Positions 46,700-55,790 of a DNA stretch of 64,000 nucleotides are shown here, in pieces; the stretch's first letter is position 1; each line of letters opens with the position of its first letter. The notes below the pieces were generated by a model. The model ran no database searches. It was not told the DNA's origin and was given only the letters and a program-made list of their open reading frames with translations. The stretch is taken from NCBI GenBank assembly GCA_028690155.1, contig JAQVBU010000008.1:7593-71592 (forward strand), in the 5' to 3' direction. A program made the position numbers and the translations under genes. This stretch comes from Alphaproteobacteria bacterium (GTDB taxonomy: Bacteria; Pseudomonadota; Alphaproteobacteria; UBA9219).

Positions 46700-47950
46700 G
46701 ATTCCGTCGGGACGAGCGGAGGCGGGGCGGCAAGCGCCCCCAGGATCGACATGCGCCTACCGCGCCGACTGGCTGTAGCAAATATGAATATGATAAGCGA
46801 CCCATAGACATGCAACGCCATCGTATCACAACGCTCTTGCCCGCAAGGGAGGCGAGGAAAGCAAGCGAACGACAAAGCGCAACGGGGAGGTTCCGGTCGA
46901 TCAACGTGTCGAAGCCGGAGTGTACCTACCGGGCAAGAGCGTTCCCCCCACCGACCGAGAAGGGATGATCGGCATGAGGAAGTAGCCAACGGAACCGAGA
47001 TACATTGGAAGCATCAGGCGCGCTCTGTGGGAGCGCGGGGCGCGCCTCCATGCGGCCTTAGCTCGCGGTAGAGCAGATGCAAGCGGACGGTTGCCAAAGA
47101 CGTAAAGGGGCGCAAAAACCTCGCCCCTCCCTCGCCGCCACCGACATCAGGTTTGGTCCAATTCCAAAGGGCCGCACCAGGGCTTTCCGGTTCAGCATCT
47201 CCCCTATTGCCTGGGGAGCGTCCCGGCCAGACCGGGCAACGGAAAACCGGCGTTCTTTGACGCTCTATCATCGAGATCCATTTCTTCCGCGAAGAAACGG
47301 GTGCGGAATGACGCGAACCATGTTTTCGGTTATGAGCGGCGTTCAGCAGCAACCGATGGCAGCCCGGAAAGACGGGCACATATGGGGATGGTAGTCCGAG
47401 AGCTGCTCGACGGCCGGCGCAGGTGCAAATCCTGCGGTCTCCACCAACCAGCCCGCGTGCCGTGCATCCGATAGGCCACCGGAAGCACGATGGGAGCAGC
47501 CGTTCCGAGAGGTGCACGACAAGGACGGAGGCCCAGTGTTCGGGAGTAGTGCGCAACCGCAAGCCCAAGAACGACAGCGGTGACAGCTCGGAAAGACGGC
47601 ACCATGCAGCAGTAACTCAACCGGTAGAGTAACGGCGCAACGCGTCGAGGTGGATGCAGGTTCGATTCCTGTCTGTTGCACAAATACTCCGTGGACACCG
47701 TTATGAATCCGGGATTCGCCCGCGTGAAGCGCAGTTCGATCTGCAAGCGAGATGGTTCGACTCCTGACCGCGCTTGGTGCATATCACGGGCAACGGAACA
47801 GTCGGATGGGTTTTAGGAGGTCCTGAACGAAGCCCCACAAGCCGCACGGCGCTATTGCGGTTGCGACAGTCAATCAAGAGGCGGTTTTCTCTGTCTGGCA
47901 GTCGGGAAAGACCGACACCTTTGTCTCACCGTCGCGAGTGAGTGGATTGA
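46700..47950. ncRNA. ORF-free, GC-rich, structured region with tRNA-like modules (candidate Y-RNA-like or other structured RNA)
   Basis: All six frames carry only short overlapping ORFs. Contains GGTTCGATTCC and GGTTCGACTCC T-loop-like motifs and many stem-forming segments. Confidence 0.4.
47606..47680 (+). ncRNA. tRNA-like element (75 nt) with canonical acceptor, D- and T-arms but a 6-bp/3-nt-loop hairpin in place of the anticodon arm
   Basis: Acceptor GCAGCAG/CTGTTGC (one G-U pair), D-arm ACTC-AACCGGTA-GAGT, hairpin CGGCGC-AAC-GCGTCG, T-arm GCAGG-TTCGATT-CCTGT. Confidence 0.45.
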
Positions 47951-48061
47951 AATGACCCGGATATCGGAAGGCTCGACACCTTCACACAATTGATCGACGC
48001 CAGCAGCAACAAACAATGCATTGCAAAAGCATCAAGAATGCGTCGAGAAAGGGGTATTGGG

Positions 48062-49600
48062 ATGGATAACTTCATGGAGGCGCTGGAAAGACAAGCCTCG
48101 GAGGCCCGGCTTGTGCGGACGGAAAACGGTGCGCTCGGTCACGGAAGCACCGGATCGGCACTGCTTGATCTGAACTTCACCGCTTCTTCCTACAGAGACA
48201 GGGACGATTCTGCCGTCTGGACAGCTTTCAGGCGCGCGTATCGCGAAGACCCTAAGAGCGCGGTCGCATGGCTGTTCTTCTCCCGCGACGCCAGAGGGGG
48301 CATGGGCGAGCGTCGCTTTTTCCGGGTGGTCATGGAGCACATGGCAAGCAGCTACCCCGATGTGGTGGAGGCACTGCTCCCTGTTATCCCCGAGTATGGC
48401 AGATGGGACGATGTGCTTTCGTTGCTCGACACCAGTTGCCGCATGCGAAGCTCGATTGCGAAACTCGTTATGGCACAACTGCAATACGATGAAATCTGCC
48501 TGACCAATGGCAAGCCCGTGTCATTGCTGGCGAAGTGGATGCCCAGTGAAAACGCGACGAGCGAGCCGACGAAGCGCCATGCGCACTTGCTTGCAAATCT
48601 GCTTGGGTACTCCCCGAGACAGTACAGGAAGAAGCTCTCTGCATTGCGCAAATATCTCCGCGTGACCGAGGTCGATATGTCCGCGAACCAATGGGGGGAG
48701 ATTGACTACGCGCGCGTCCCCTCTCGCGCGAACCTCATTTACAAGGATGCGTTCATGAGGCATGACGAGGATCGGCGCGCGGCGTATTTGGAAGCCGTCA
48801 ACAGCGGAGAGGCGAAGATCAATGCCGGCGTGCTTTTCCCGCACGACATTGTTGCTCGGTATGCCGGTTGCGCCTCGCGTTACGAGAGCACCATCGACGG
48901 TGCGCTGGAAGCGCTGTGGCGCGCGCTGCCCAATACTATGACTGGCAATGGAAATGTCCTCGTTGTGCGGGACGGCAGCGGAAGCATGGGTAGCAATATC
49001 GGGAAAACCTCCGTGCGCGCTTTGGATGTTTCGACGGCACTCGCGATCTATTTTGCTGAACGGTGCACCGGAGCGTTCAAGGACAAGTACATCACGTTCT
49101 CGGCATGCCCTGAAATCGTCTCGCTCGTCGGGATGGAAACACTCATGGAAAAGCTCCGCGAATCGTACCGGTATGACGATTGCTCGAACACCAACATTGA
49201 AGCGACATTCGACCTGATCTTGAGCGCGGCGGTAATAAACGGAATGAACCAAGCCGACTTGCCGCGCATCGTGCTGGTAATCTCCGATATGGAGTTCGAT
49301 GGGGCCGTCTATGGCCGGAAAGCCGGCGCGACACTGTTCAGTAATATTGCGGCGCGGTTCGTTCGAGCTGGCTATGCTCTACCGAAGCTGGCGTTCTGGA
49401 ACGTCAACTCCAGAACGGATACAGTACCAATGAAGGAAAATGAGAACGGCGTCGTTCTTGTAAGCGGGTTCTCTCCTGCCGTCGTGAAGATGGTACTTTC
49501 CGGAGAGCTCGACCCCTACATGGCCATGATGAACGTTCTGGAATCCGACAGATACGATATGGTGCGGGAAGCAATCAAGGAGGTGGAGTTCACGGTTTGA
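48062..49600 (+). CDS. DUF2828-like protein with C-terminal vWA domain (Ro60/TROVE-vWA-like architecture)
   Basis: ATG at 48062 after an AGGGG RBS. N-terminal LVRTENGALGHGSTGSALLDLNF...RDARGGMGERRFFR region. MIDAS-type LVVRDGSGSMGS (DxSxS) at the start of the C-terminal domain. Confidence 0.5.
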   Translation: MDNFMEALERQASEARLVRTENGALGHGSTGSALLDLNFTASSYRDRDDSAVWTAFRRAYREDPKSAVAWLFFSRDARGGMGERRFFRVVMEHMASSYPDVVEALLPVIPEYGRWDDVLSLLDTSCRMRSSIAKLVMAQLQYDEICLTNGKPVSLLAKWMPSENATSEPTKRHAHLLANLLGYSPRQYRKKLSALRKYLRVTEVDMSANQWGEIDYARVPSRANLIYKDAFMRHDEDRRAAYLEAVNSGEAKINAGVLFPHDIVARYAGCASRYESTIDGALEALWRALPNTMTGNGNVLVVRDGSGSMGSNIGKTSVRALDVSTALAIYFAERCTGAFKDKYITFSACPEIVSLVGMETLMEKLRESYRYDDCSNTNIEATFDLILSAAVINGMNQADLPRIVLVISDMEFDGAVYGRKAGATLFSNIAARFVRAGYALPKLAFWNVNSRTDTVPMKENENGVVLVSGFSPAVVKMVLSGELDPYMAMMNVLESDRYDMVREAIKEVEFTV

Positions 49601-49739
49601 CCGTTGACTTTGAGGCGCATACAGCAATGTTATCAGCTATTTTGAGATTCCGGCGAGAGCCGGGGCGCCTCGTTCTTGAAGCCCTAACAGCAACCCAAAA
49701 TGATTTTTGACAGATCAAAAACGGGCTTCGTGTGGGAAT

Positions 49740-49856
49740 GGCGGTGTAGCTCAATTGGGAGAGCATCTAAGGTGCTTCGGTGAAGCGCGTACAGCAATCC
49801 CCTATTGGACTGTTAATCCGAGGATGCGGGTTCGATCCCCGCCGCCGCCACTCTCA
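49740..49856 (+). tRNA. tRNA-Asn(GUU)-like gene with a 39-nt hairpin insertion between the D-arm and anticodon stem (possible pseudo-tRNA or intron-bearing)
   Basis: Acceptor GGCGGTG/CGCCGCC, D-arm GCTC-AATTGGGA-GAGC, anticodon arm TTGGA-CTGTTAA-TCCGA, T-arm GCGGG-TTCGATC-CCCGC. Extra GCTTC-GGT-GAAGC hairpin at 49766-49804. Confidence 0.45.
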
Positions 49857-49954
49857 TTTCATTCACCAGATTGGGCGTTGCCGTCCGCAAGGGGATATGA
49901 ACCGAACGATCCCCGGCATCCACGCCGACGAGAATCCACGCAGGAGGTAATGGT

Positions 49955-51061
49955 ATGAAAATCCGAATCAATGCAAACGTGCTAAGGGACGCACTTTCCA
50001 TCGTAACTATGGCCGCATCACCACGTGCCGCCATGCCGATTTTAGAGGGAATCCTCATAATGGCGGGCGATGACAGCATCGTGCTTACCGGGTCGGACTC
50101 CATGTTGACCGTTTCAGTGAAAGTCAAAGGGGATGTCTTTGATGCTGGCGCCGGCGTGGTTCGAGGCAAGATGTTTAGCGACATCGTCAAGAAGATGCCG
50201 GACGGAGAGATCATCGTTTCATCAGATAAAAACGCTCGTTTTACCGTGAGCGGCGGCCAGGCCAAGTTCAACATTGCCGGGTCTGACGCGAGCCAGTATC
50301 CGCGACGCGATTCCGAAAATATCTTCAATTCTGTTTCCGTTCCGAATTCAGTGCTTTACGACATGATCGAAAAAACCGAACAATGCGTTGCAAATGATGC
50401 GTCACGGCCCGTGCTGACTGGCGGATGCCTTGAATCAATCAACGGGCAGGCGAACATGACGGCGCTGGACGGCTTCCGGCTTTCAACCAGGCAGTGTTTG
50501 TGCACTCCATCTGCCAAGGATATAGAGGTCATCATTCCGCACAAGTCGCTTGCAATGATGAAGAAACTGCTGAACCCATCGGAGGAAACGCCGATCACAT
50601 TGTCTTTTACAAATACCGCAATGCTCGTTGACATCGGCGGCACGGAACTGCAATCGACCTTGATCAACGGTCCCTATATCAAGTGGCGCACGTTGATTCC
50701 GAAGGATTTCAGTACGCGCGTGGCCGTAAACTCCGATGCGTTTCGCGATGCCATAGAGCGCGCAGCGCTCATTGCGCGTGGCGGTGAAAATCGTCTTGTG
50801 AAACTTTCGATTGGAGAAAACACGCTGTCGATCATGTCGCGCACGAGCGAAGATGAAGTGGTTGAGCACATTGAGGTTGACCAGTTCGGACCCGATCTCG
50901 ATATATCCTTCAACGTTGCGTATTTGAGCGATATGACCCGCGTTATCAAGACCAAGCGCACCATGCTGAATTTCACAAACAGCACATCTCCCTGCGTCGT
51001 AGAGCCGGAGGGCGATAAAGACTGCCTTTGGCTTATCCTGCCCGTCAGAACCACCGCATAG
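49955..51061 (+). CDS. dnaN: DNA polymerase III beta subunit (sliding clamp)
   Basis: 368 aa; N-terminal pattern MKIRINANVLRDALSIVTMAASPRAAMPILEGILI...LTGSDS typical of DnaN. Confidence 0.7.
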   Translation: MKIRINANVLRDALSIVTMAASPRAAMPILEGILIMAGDDSIVLTGSDSMLTVSVKVKGDVFDAGAGVVRGKMFSDIVKKMPDGEIIVSSDKNARFTVSGGQAKFNIAGSDASQYPRRDSENIFNSVSVPNSVLYDMIEKTEQCVANDASRPVLTGGCLESINGQANMTALDGFRLSTRQCLCTPSAKDIEVIIPHKSLAMMKKLLNPSEETPITLSFTNTAMLVDIGGTELQSTLINGPYIKWRTLIPKDFSTRVAVNSDAFRDAIERAALIARGGENRLVKLSIGENTLSIMSRTSEDEVVEHIEVDQFGPDLDISFNVAYLSDMTRVIKTKRTMLNFTNSTSPCVVEPEGDKDCLWLILPVRTTA

Positions 51062-51135
51062 CTTGCATGGTTATGTAGATACGCAAGAGTGAAGCCGAGC
51101 GAGTATCGGCCAATGAAAGGTCAGGTGCGTACGGT

Positions 51136-52074
51136 ATGCAGACAAAATATCAGCTTTCAAATGCAGGTCTATACGTCCCGGAAAGGTTGGGAAAGTTGGC
51201 ACGGGCAAAGGATCGCCCGACAGCGTTCAGCTTTTTTGCGGGATGTGGCGGCGTGGACCTCGGATTCATCCAAGCCGGATTTGAAATCGTGGGCGCCAAC
51301 GAGTTCGATGAATGCGCCAGCTTGACGTACATGGTCAACCTCGGTAGTTACCCGATGCAGATCCATTACATCGGCGGTGAGGCGGATAAAAAGCGGCTCA
51401 ACGCTGCTTGCGAGAAGCATGTATTCGGTGGCAAGGGGCGTGCGCTGCCCAAGGAGGGGCCGGCAGGATTTGATACGCCGTTCGGCCTTTACAACACAGC
51501 TACAGGGAGCCGGTTCGCCGGCAGCGGTTGGATCGCGCATAACCCGCAAGCTGCACCCGTCCGAAATTTCTGGTTCGGTGATGTTCGCAAACTTACAGGC
51601 AAGGCGATCCTGGACGCACTGGGTATGAAGCCGGGAGAGCTGGATTGTGTTTGCGGTGGACCACCCTGTCAGGGGTTCAGTCAGGCCGGCAGGCAGAACA
51701 TCGCTGACCCACGGAACAACCTGGTATATGAGTTCGGTCGGCTGATCGTCGAGCTCCAACCCAAGACCTTCATTATGGAGGAAGTTCCCGCGATCATCAA
51801 TTTCATGGACCCTGATGGCGTACCCGTGTTGGACAAGTTCGCCATGATGATCTCCGAGGGCGGTTACGGAAAGTGGGACACCATCAAAAAAGGCATGATG
51901 ATGCAGGCCGGATGCGCCGGGGGGATCAAAAGCATGCGGGATGTCGGTGGCATGGGGAAAAGGAAGCCGAAACAGAAAATAAAAAACCACGAAAAACCAA
52001 GTAAAAAAGCGTCCGTTGTTCAGGCGTCGTTATTCGACGATTTAGACGCGTTGAACGAGGGAGACGTGGTATGA
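51136..52074 (+). CDS. C5-cytosine DNA methyltransferase-like protein lacking motif VIII, the TRD and motifs IX-X (truncated or split)
   Basis: Motif I FSFFAGCGGVDLGF, motif IV GGPPCQGFSQAG, motif VI-like IMEEVPAI. No QxRxR or C-terminal motifs. Lys-rich tail. Confidence 0.5.
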   Translation: MQTKYQLSNAGLYVPERLGKLARAKDRPTAFSFFAGCGGVDLGFIQAGFEIVGANEFDECASLTYMVNLGSYPMQIHYIGGEADKKRLNAACEKHVFGGKGRALPKEGPAGFDTPFGLYNTATGSRFAGSGWIAHNPQAAPVRNFWFGDVRKLTGKAILDALGMKPGELDCVCGGPPCQGFSQAGRQNIADPRNNLVYEFGRLIVELQPKTFIMEEVPAIINFMDPDGVPVLDKFAMMISEGGYGKWDTIKKGMMMQAGCAGGIKSMRDVGGMGKRKPKQKIKNHEKPSKKASVVQASLFDDLDALNEGDVV

Positions 52075-52676
52075 GCAAGACCGATGTAACGCTCGACCTT
52101 GAGCGGCGCATCTTTCTGTACTCCAGGGGACAATTCGGATGCGATGAGGTAACGATAGGCCCTTTCGGGCGAGAACGGGTGGATTTCATAACGCTTGATT
52201 TTAAGGGCAATTGGCGATGTTATGAAATCAAGGCCAGCAAGAACGACTACCACAGCAAGGCACAAATCACGTTTATCGGCAACCTGAATTACTACGTAAT
52301 GCCCGGCGATCTGTATGAGGAACTAAAAGACGAGATTCCAACCCATGTCGGCGTTTTGGTGCCGTGTGGGCAGAGTGGACTAGAGAGCGTCAAGAAAGCC
52401 CGGAGGCAAGCCATAGCGTGTAGCGAAACAGTTCTCTATGCGAGCCTTATCAGAAGTCTTTACCGGACGTATGAGCGCGTGAGGGCGTCTGACGACGAGC
52501 CGATCATCACTTCTTACAAGCGCAAAGTTGCACAGCTTGAAAATGAAATTCATCGAGTTCGGGGGCGCGAAAGCGATGCGCGCTGGGAGGGGCGCAGAAT
52601 GAAGACCTTTATGCGAAGGCACGGTTTAATCGCGGAGTATGAATCTGAGTGCGATAGAGAGGACGGATTCCAATGA
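52071..52676 (+). CDS. PD-(D/E)xK nuclease-fold protein (MmcB-like)
   Basis: VDFITLDFKGNWRCYEIKASKND matches D...E.K. Confidence 0.4.
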   Translation: MSKTDVTLDLERRIFLYSRGQFGCDEVTIGPFGRERVDFITLDFKGNWRCYEIKASKNDYHSKAQITFIGNLNYYVMPGDLYEELKDEIPTHVGVLVPCGQSGLESVKKARRQAIACSETVLYASLIRSLYRTYERVRASDDEPIITSYKRKVAQLENEIHRVRGRESDARWEGRRMKTFMRRHGLIAEYESECDREDGFQ

Positions 52677-53296
52677 ACGTCAAACCCATTCTTTTTAGCG
52701 GCCCGATGGTGCGGTCAATACGAGACGAGTGTAAAACCGAGACGCGGCGAGTGGTAAGGCCGCAGCCCAAACATATCCAGCAGCTTAGGGATGGACGGTT
52801 TGAGACTTCGCCAGACGGCGGGTTCGATTGGGGTGTCGAGTATATAGAGTCGCCCTATCAGACCGGAGACATTCTTTGGGTGCGAGAAACGTGGGCTTCA
52901 TTCAAAGTCGCGAGCCCCGTTCGCGCAATCCCCGAAGATTTCAATGGCGTTTCATACATCTACCGAGCGGATGACGTTCGCAATAGCGACGGCTCTGCTA
53001 TCAAATGGCGCCCTTCAATCTTTATGCCCCGCGCCGCCGCTCGCCTGTTCCTTTGGGTGACAGATGTTCGTGTGGAGCGGGTGCAGGAGATTAGCGAGGA
53101 CGATGCGTGGCGCGAGGGAGTGACAATGGACGACGTGCTAAGCCTTGGCTGCACGCCGGACGATCCTGCAAAGTGCGTATTTTCCGGCATATGGGACGAT
53201 CTTAACGCCAAACGCGGATACGGCTGGGACGTGAATCCGTGGGTATGGGTGTACACGTTCGAGCGGATAGAGAAACCGGAAAGGTGGTGCCAGTGA
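52673..53296 (+). CDS. hypothetical protein (possible ASCH/PUA-like fold)
   Basis: ILFSGPMVRSIRDECKTETRR...GDILWVRETW. Confidence 0.3.
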   Translation: MNVKPILFSGPMVRSIRDECKTETRRVVRPQPKHIQQLRDGRFETSPDGGFDWGVEYIESPYQTGDILWVRETWASFKVASPVRAIPEDFNGVSYIYRADDVRNSDGSAIKWRPSIFMPRAAARLFLWVTDVRVERVQEISEDDAWREGVTMDDVLSLGCTPDDPAKCVFSGIWDDLNAKRGYGWDVNPWVWVYTFERIEKPERWCQ

Positions 53297-53622
53297 TGGG
53301 AAACCGTGTCATGCTGTTGGCGGAAGTGCTGGCGTTGCCAGAAGGGAAAAAGGTTTATGTAGAAGGCGCAAAGATCACCGACAGCCAACGCTATACGAGC
53401 GGGGTGCATACTGTGCGCCATAATTATCGCGAGGACATCGAGATCGATGAAATCTATCATGGGCACGCGCTGGTTGATAAGGATGGGTATTACTGGCCTC
53501 TTGATAAAGAGGGCAGGACGAGTTACGGGAAACACTATCGCGTTTGGGTGCTTCCCCATCGGCCGACGCCGGAGGAACTGATCGCGAACGCGTGGCCGGA
53601 GGTAACAAATGGGATTGACTGA
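53297..53622 (+). CDS. hypothetical protein
   Basis: ATG overlaps the upstream stop (GTGATGG). Confidence 0.3.
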
Positions 53623-54511
53623 TAATCAAAAACGATTGATACAGGCAGTGTCACTCAACGACATACAGGCGGCGAAGAAGTGTGCCATCGCTTGCGTAGC
53701 TGAGGATGCAACCGCAAAGAACAAGTACTTCTGCACGAAGTACAAGGCGGTATTGGAGTCCACCGGCTGCAATATGATGGAGCTTCTTCAAAATCTGAAA
53801 GGCCTGCTCGTCCTTGAAGATACGTCCATTTCGTTCCGCGAGGGCAGGTATTACCTTTCGGACAGGGAAGCGGCGGTCTTTCGCGGGATAACTCGCATGC
53901 GCAAGGTCAATGCGCGGCTCATGGAATTGGGGATACCGTACGTCAACTCAACGCTGCTGTATGGCGAGAGCGGAACAGGCAAAACGACGTTCGGGCGATA
54001 CGTGGCGTACAAGGCTGAGCTGCCCTACTGCTACATGAACTTCTCCGGCCTCGTCGATTCCTACATGGGCAGCACCTCAAAGAACATCAGCAAGGCGTTC
54101 TCCTACGCGATCTCAAACCCGTGCGTGCTTATGCTGGACGAGATAGACTGCATCAGCATCGCAAGGTCTGGATCAGGAGACAGCAGCGGCTCGGGCGGCG
54201 AAATGGCGCGCATTACCATATCCCTAATGCAGGAGTTTGACAGATTGCCCAACGATGTGATTGTGATCGGCGCTACAAACCGGATTGACAGGGTTGACGA
54301 TGCCCTTTTGCGGAGGTTTTCGGTCAAGCATGAGGTCAAAGCGCTCAGCCAAGAGGAAAAAACCGCGATGGTCAAGCGGTTTCTCTCCGATGTCGGAATC
54401 AGTTTTCCGGACGAGGAAATCGCCACGTTGGTTGCGCAGGGCAATCAGTCTCTTGTTTTGAACGGACTGATTCGGCATATTGCCGAACGGATTTCGGAAG
54501 AAATTGCATAG
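53609..54511 (+). CDS. AAA-family ATPase
   Basis: Walker A LLYGESGTGKTT, Walker B LMLDEID, second region of homology GATNRIDRVDDALLRRF. Confidence 0.7.
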   Translation: MGLTDNQKRLIQAVSLNDIQAAKKCAIACVAEDATAKNKYFCTKYKAVLESTGCNMMELLQNLKGLLVLEDTSISFREGRYYLSDREAAVFRGITRMRKVNARLMELGIPYVNSTLLYGESGTGKTTFGRYVAYKAELPYCYMNFSGLVDSYMGSTSKNISKAFSYAISNPCVLMLDEIDCISIARSGSGDSSGSGGEMARITISLMQEFDRLPNDVIVIGATNRIDRVDDALLRRFSVKHEVKALSQEEKTAMVKRFLSDVGISFPDEEIATLVAQGNQSLVLNGLIRHIAERISEEIA

Positions 54512-54545
54512 GCGGTCTGCCAATGTATCGGGATAGGAGGCAAGA

Positions 54546-54779
54546 ATGGAAGTGCTGAAAAACTGTCCGTTCTGCGGTTATTCCGCGTCGGGCGAGAGTT
54601 GGAAGGCTCGAAAAGGGTACGAAGCAGTCGCTCAATGCAACCGATGTGGCGCGAACATCACGACCATAACTTACGACACCGAGGAAGAAGCGGCGCAGGC
54701 TGCAACGGAAGCATGGAATCGGCGTGCACCTTGTTCTGAATGCAAGACCGAGCAGAAGGAGGCGAATGATGGCGTATAA
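54546..54779 (+). CDS. lar: Lar-family restriction alleviation protein
   Basis: CPFCG...CNRCGA...EAWNRR matches the Lar signature; 77 aa. Confidence 0.6.
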   Translation: MEVLKNCPFCGYSASGESWKARKGYEAVAQCNRCGANITTITYDTEEEAAQAATEAWNRRAPCSECKTEQKEANDGV

Positions 54780-55005
54780 GGTGAGCGTGATATGTGATCA
54801 ATGCGGAGCTGGTTATAGCTGGATGAACTACACAGTCACCATGCCGCAGGCAACGCGCATTGTGCGGTCGGAGGGTTGGAGCGTCGGAAAGCGCAGATGG
54901 ATATGCCCTAAGTGCAAGAAAGAACGAAAGGGCGCTACCTCGCGAGCAAGTAGAAAGGATCGTCTCCAGGTCGAAAAACCTGTAGAGCAATCTGGTAGTG
55001 AATGA
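54766..55005 (+). CDS. small zinc-finger protein
   Basis: ATG at 54766 after AAGGAGG; CDQCGAG...CPKC. Confidence 0.35.
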   Translation: MMAYKVSVICDQCGAGYSWMNYTVTMPQATRIVRSEGWSVGKRRWICPKCKKERKGATSRASRKDRLQVEKPVEQSGSE

Positions 55006-55023
55006 AAGGAGGCCGAGAAAGCT

Positions 55024-55467
55024 ATGCTGAACATCCGCCCAATCGCCTTCGCGCAAGCCGCTTCATTCGTAGATGAACACCACAGGCACCACAAGCCGCC
55101 TGTTGGGCACAAATTCAGCATCGCGTGCTATGACGGGGACAGGTTATGCGGCGTCGCGATGGTCGGCCGGTCGGTTTCCCGATACTTTGATGATAACCTG
55201 ACGCTGGAGGTCAATCGGCTTTGCACGGACGGAACGAAAAACGCCTGCTCGATCCTGTACAGCACCGCGTGGCGCGCGGCGAAGGCGCTTGGGTATAGGC
55301 GCATCGTGACCTATACTCTGGAAAGCGAATCAGGAACAAGCCTGCGGGCTGCTGGATGGAATTGCGACGGGATTGCGGGCAAAGGAAACTGGACGGGCGA
55401 AAGAGCCCGGCAAGTCGAGCTTTTCCCAGAGATGAAAATGCGGTGGAGCAAGGAGTTGAGCATGTGA
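55024..55467 (+). CDS. hypothetical protein (possible GNAT-like fold)
   Basis: 147-aa ORF; VDEHHRHHKPPVGHKFSIACY...EVNRLCTDG. Confidence 0.3.
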   Translation: MLNIRPIAFAQAASFVDEHHRHHKPPVGHKFSIACYDGDRLCGVAMVGRSVSRYFDDNLTLEVNRLCTDGTKNACSILYSTAWRAAKALGYRRIVTYTLESESGTSLRAAGWNCDGIAGKGNWTGERARQVELFPEMKMRWSKELSM

Positions 55468-55790
55468 GAAGCATATTTGGTTGGGACCTGCCTCCCGGAG
55501 CAGCCGACGACCCTGGAGCGCCGTGGAACCAGAAAGAAGGCCCATGCGATGTGTGCGGGTTGTCGGTGGATGATTGCATTTGCCCCGAGTGTCCAGAGTG
55601 CGGGGAGCAGGGCGATCCTATCTGCTATGAGCAGCACGGCCTCGTTCTCAGTGATGAGCAGCGCGAAAGCAAGAAGCGCGCTGACGATGAAAGGCGCGAA
55701 TCCGACAAGCGCATGACTGAATATGAGGATCAGATGGAAAGGGAATATGAGCGAGAGATGGCGTTGCGAAAAGAGGCCGGTGAGGAATGA
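55465..55790 (+). CDS. hypothetical zinc-binding protein with charged C-terminus
   Basis: GTG start overlaps the upstream stop; CDVCG...CICPECPECG. Confidence 0.3.

Noticed and set aside
46700-47950. tmRNA, RNase P RNA or rRNA fragment in the ORF-free region
   Set aside because: No tag-peptide frame ending in ALAA-stop, no RNase P P4 consensus (AGGAAAGTCCGGGCTCC) and no 5S/16S/23S signature segments were found by eye; left as an unclassified structured RNA region.
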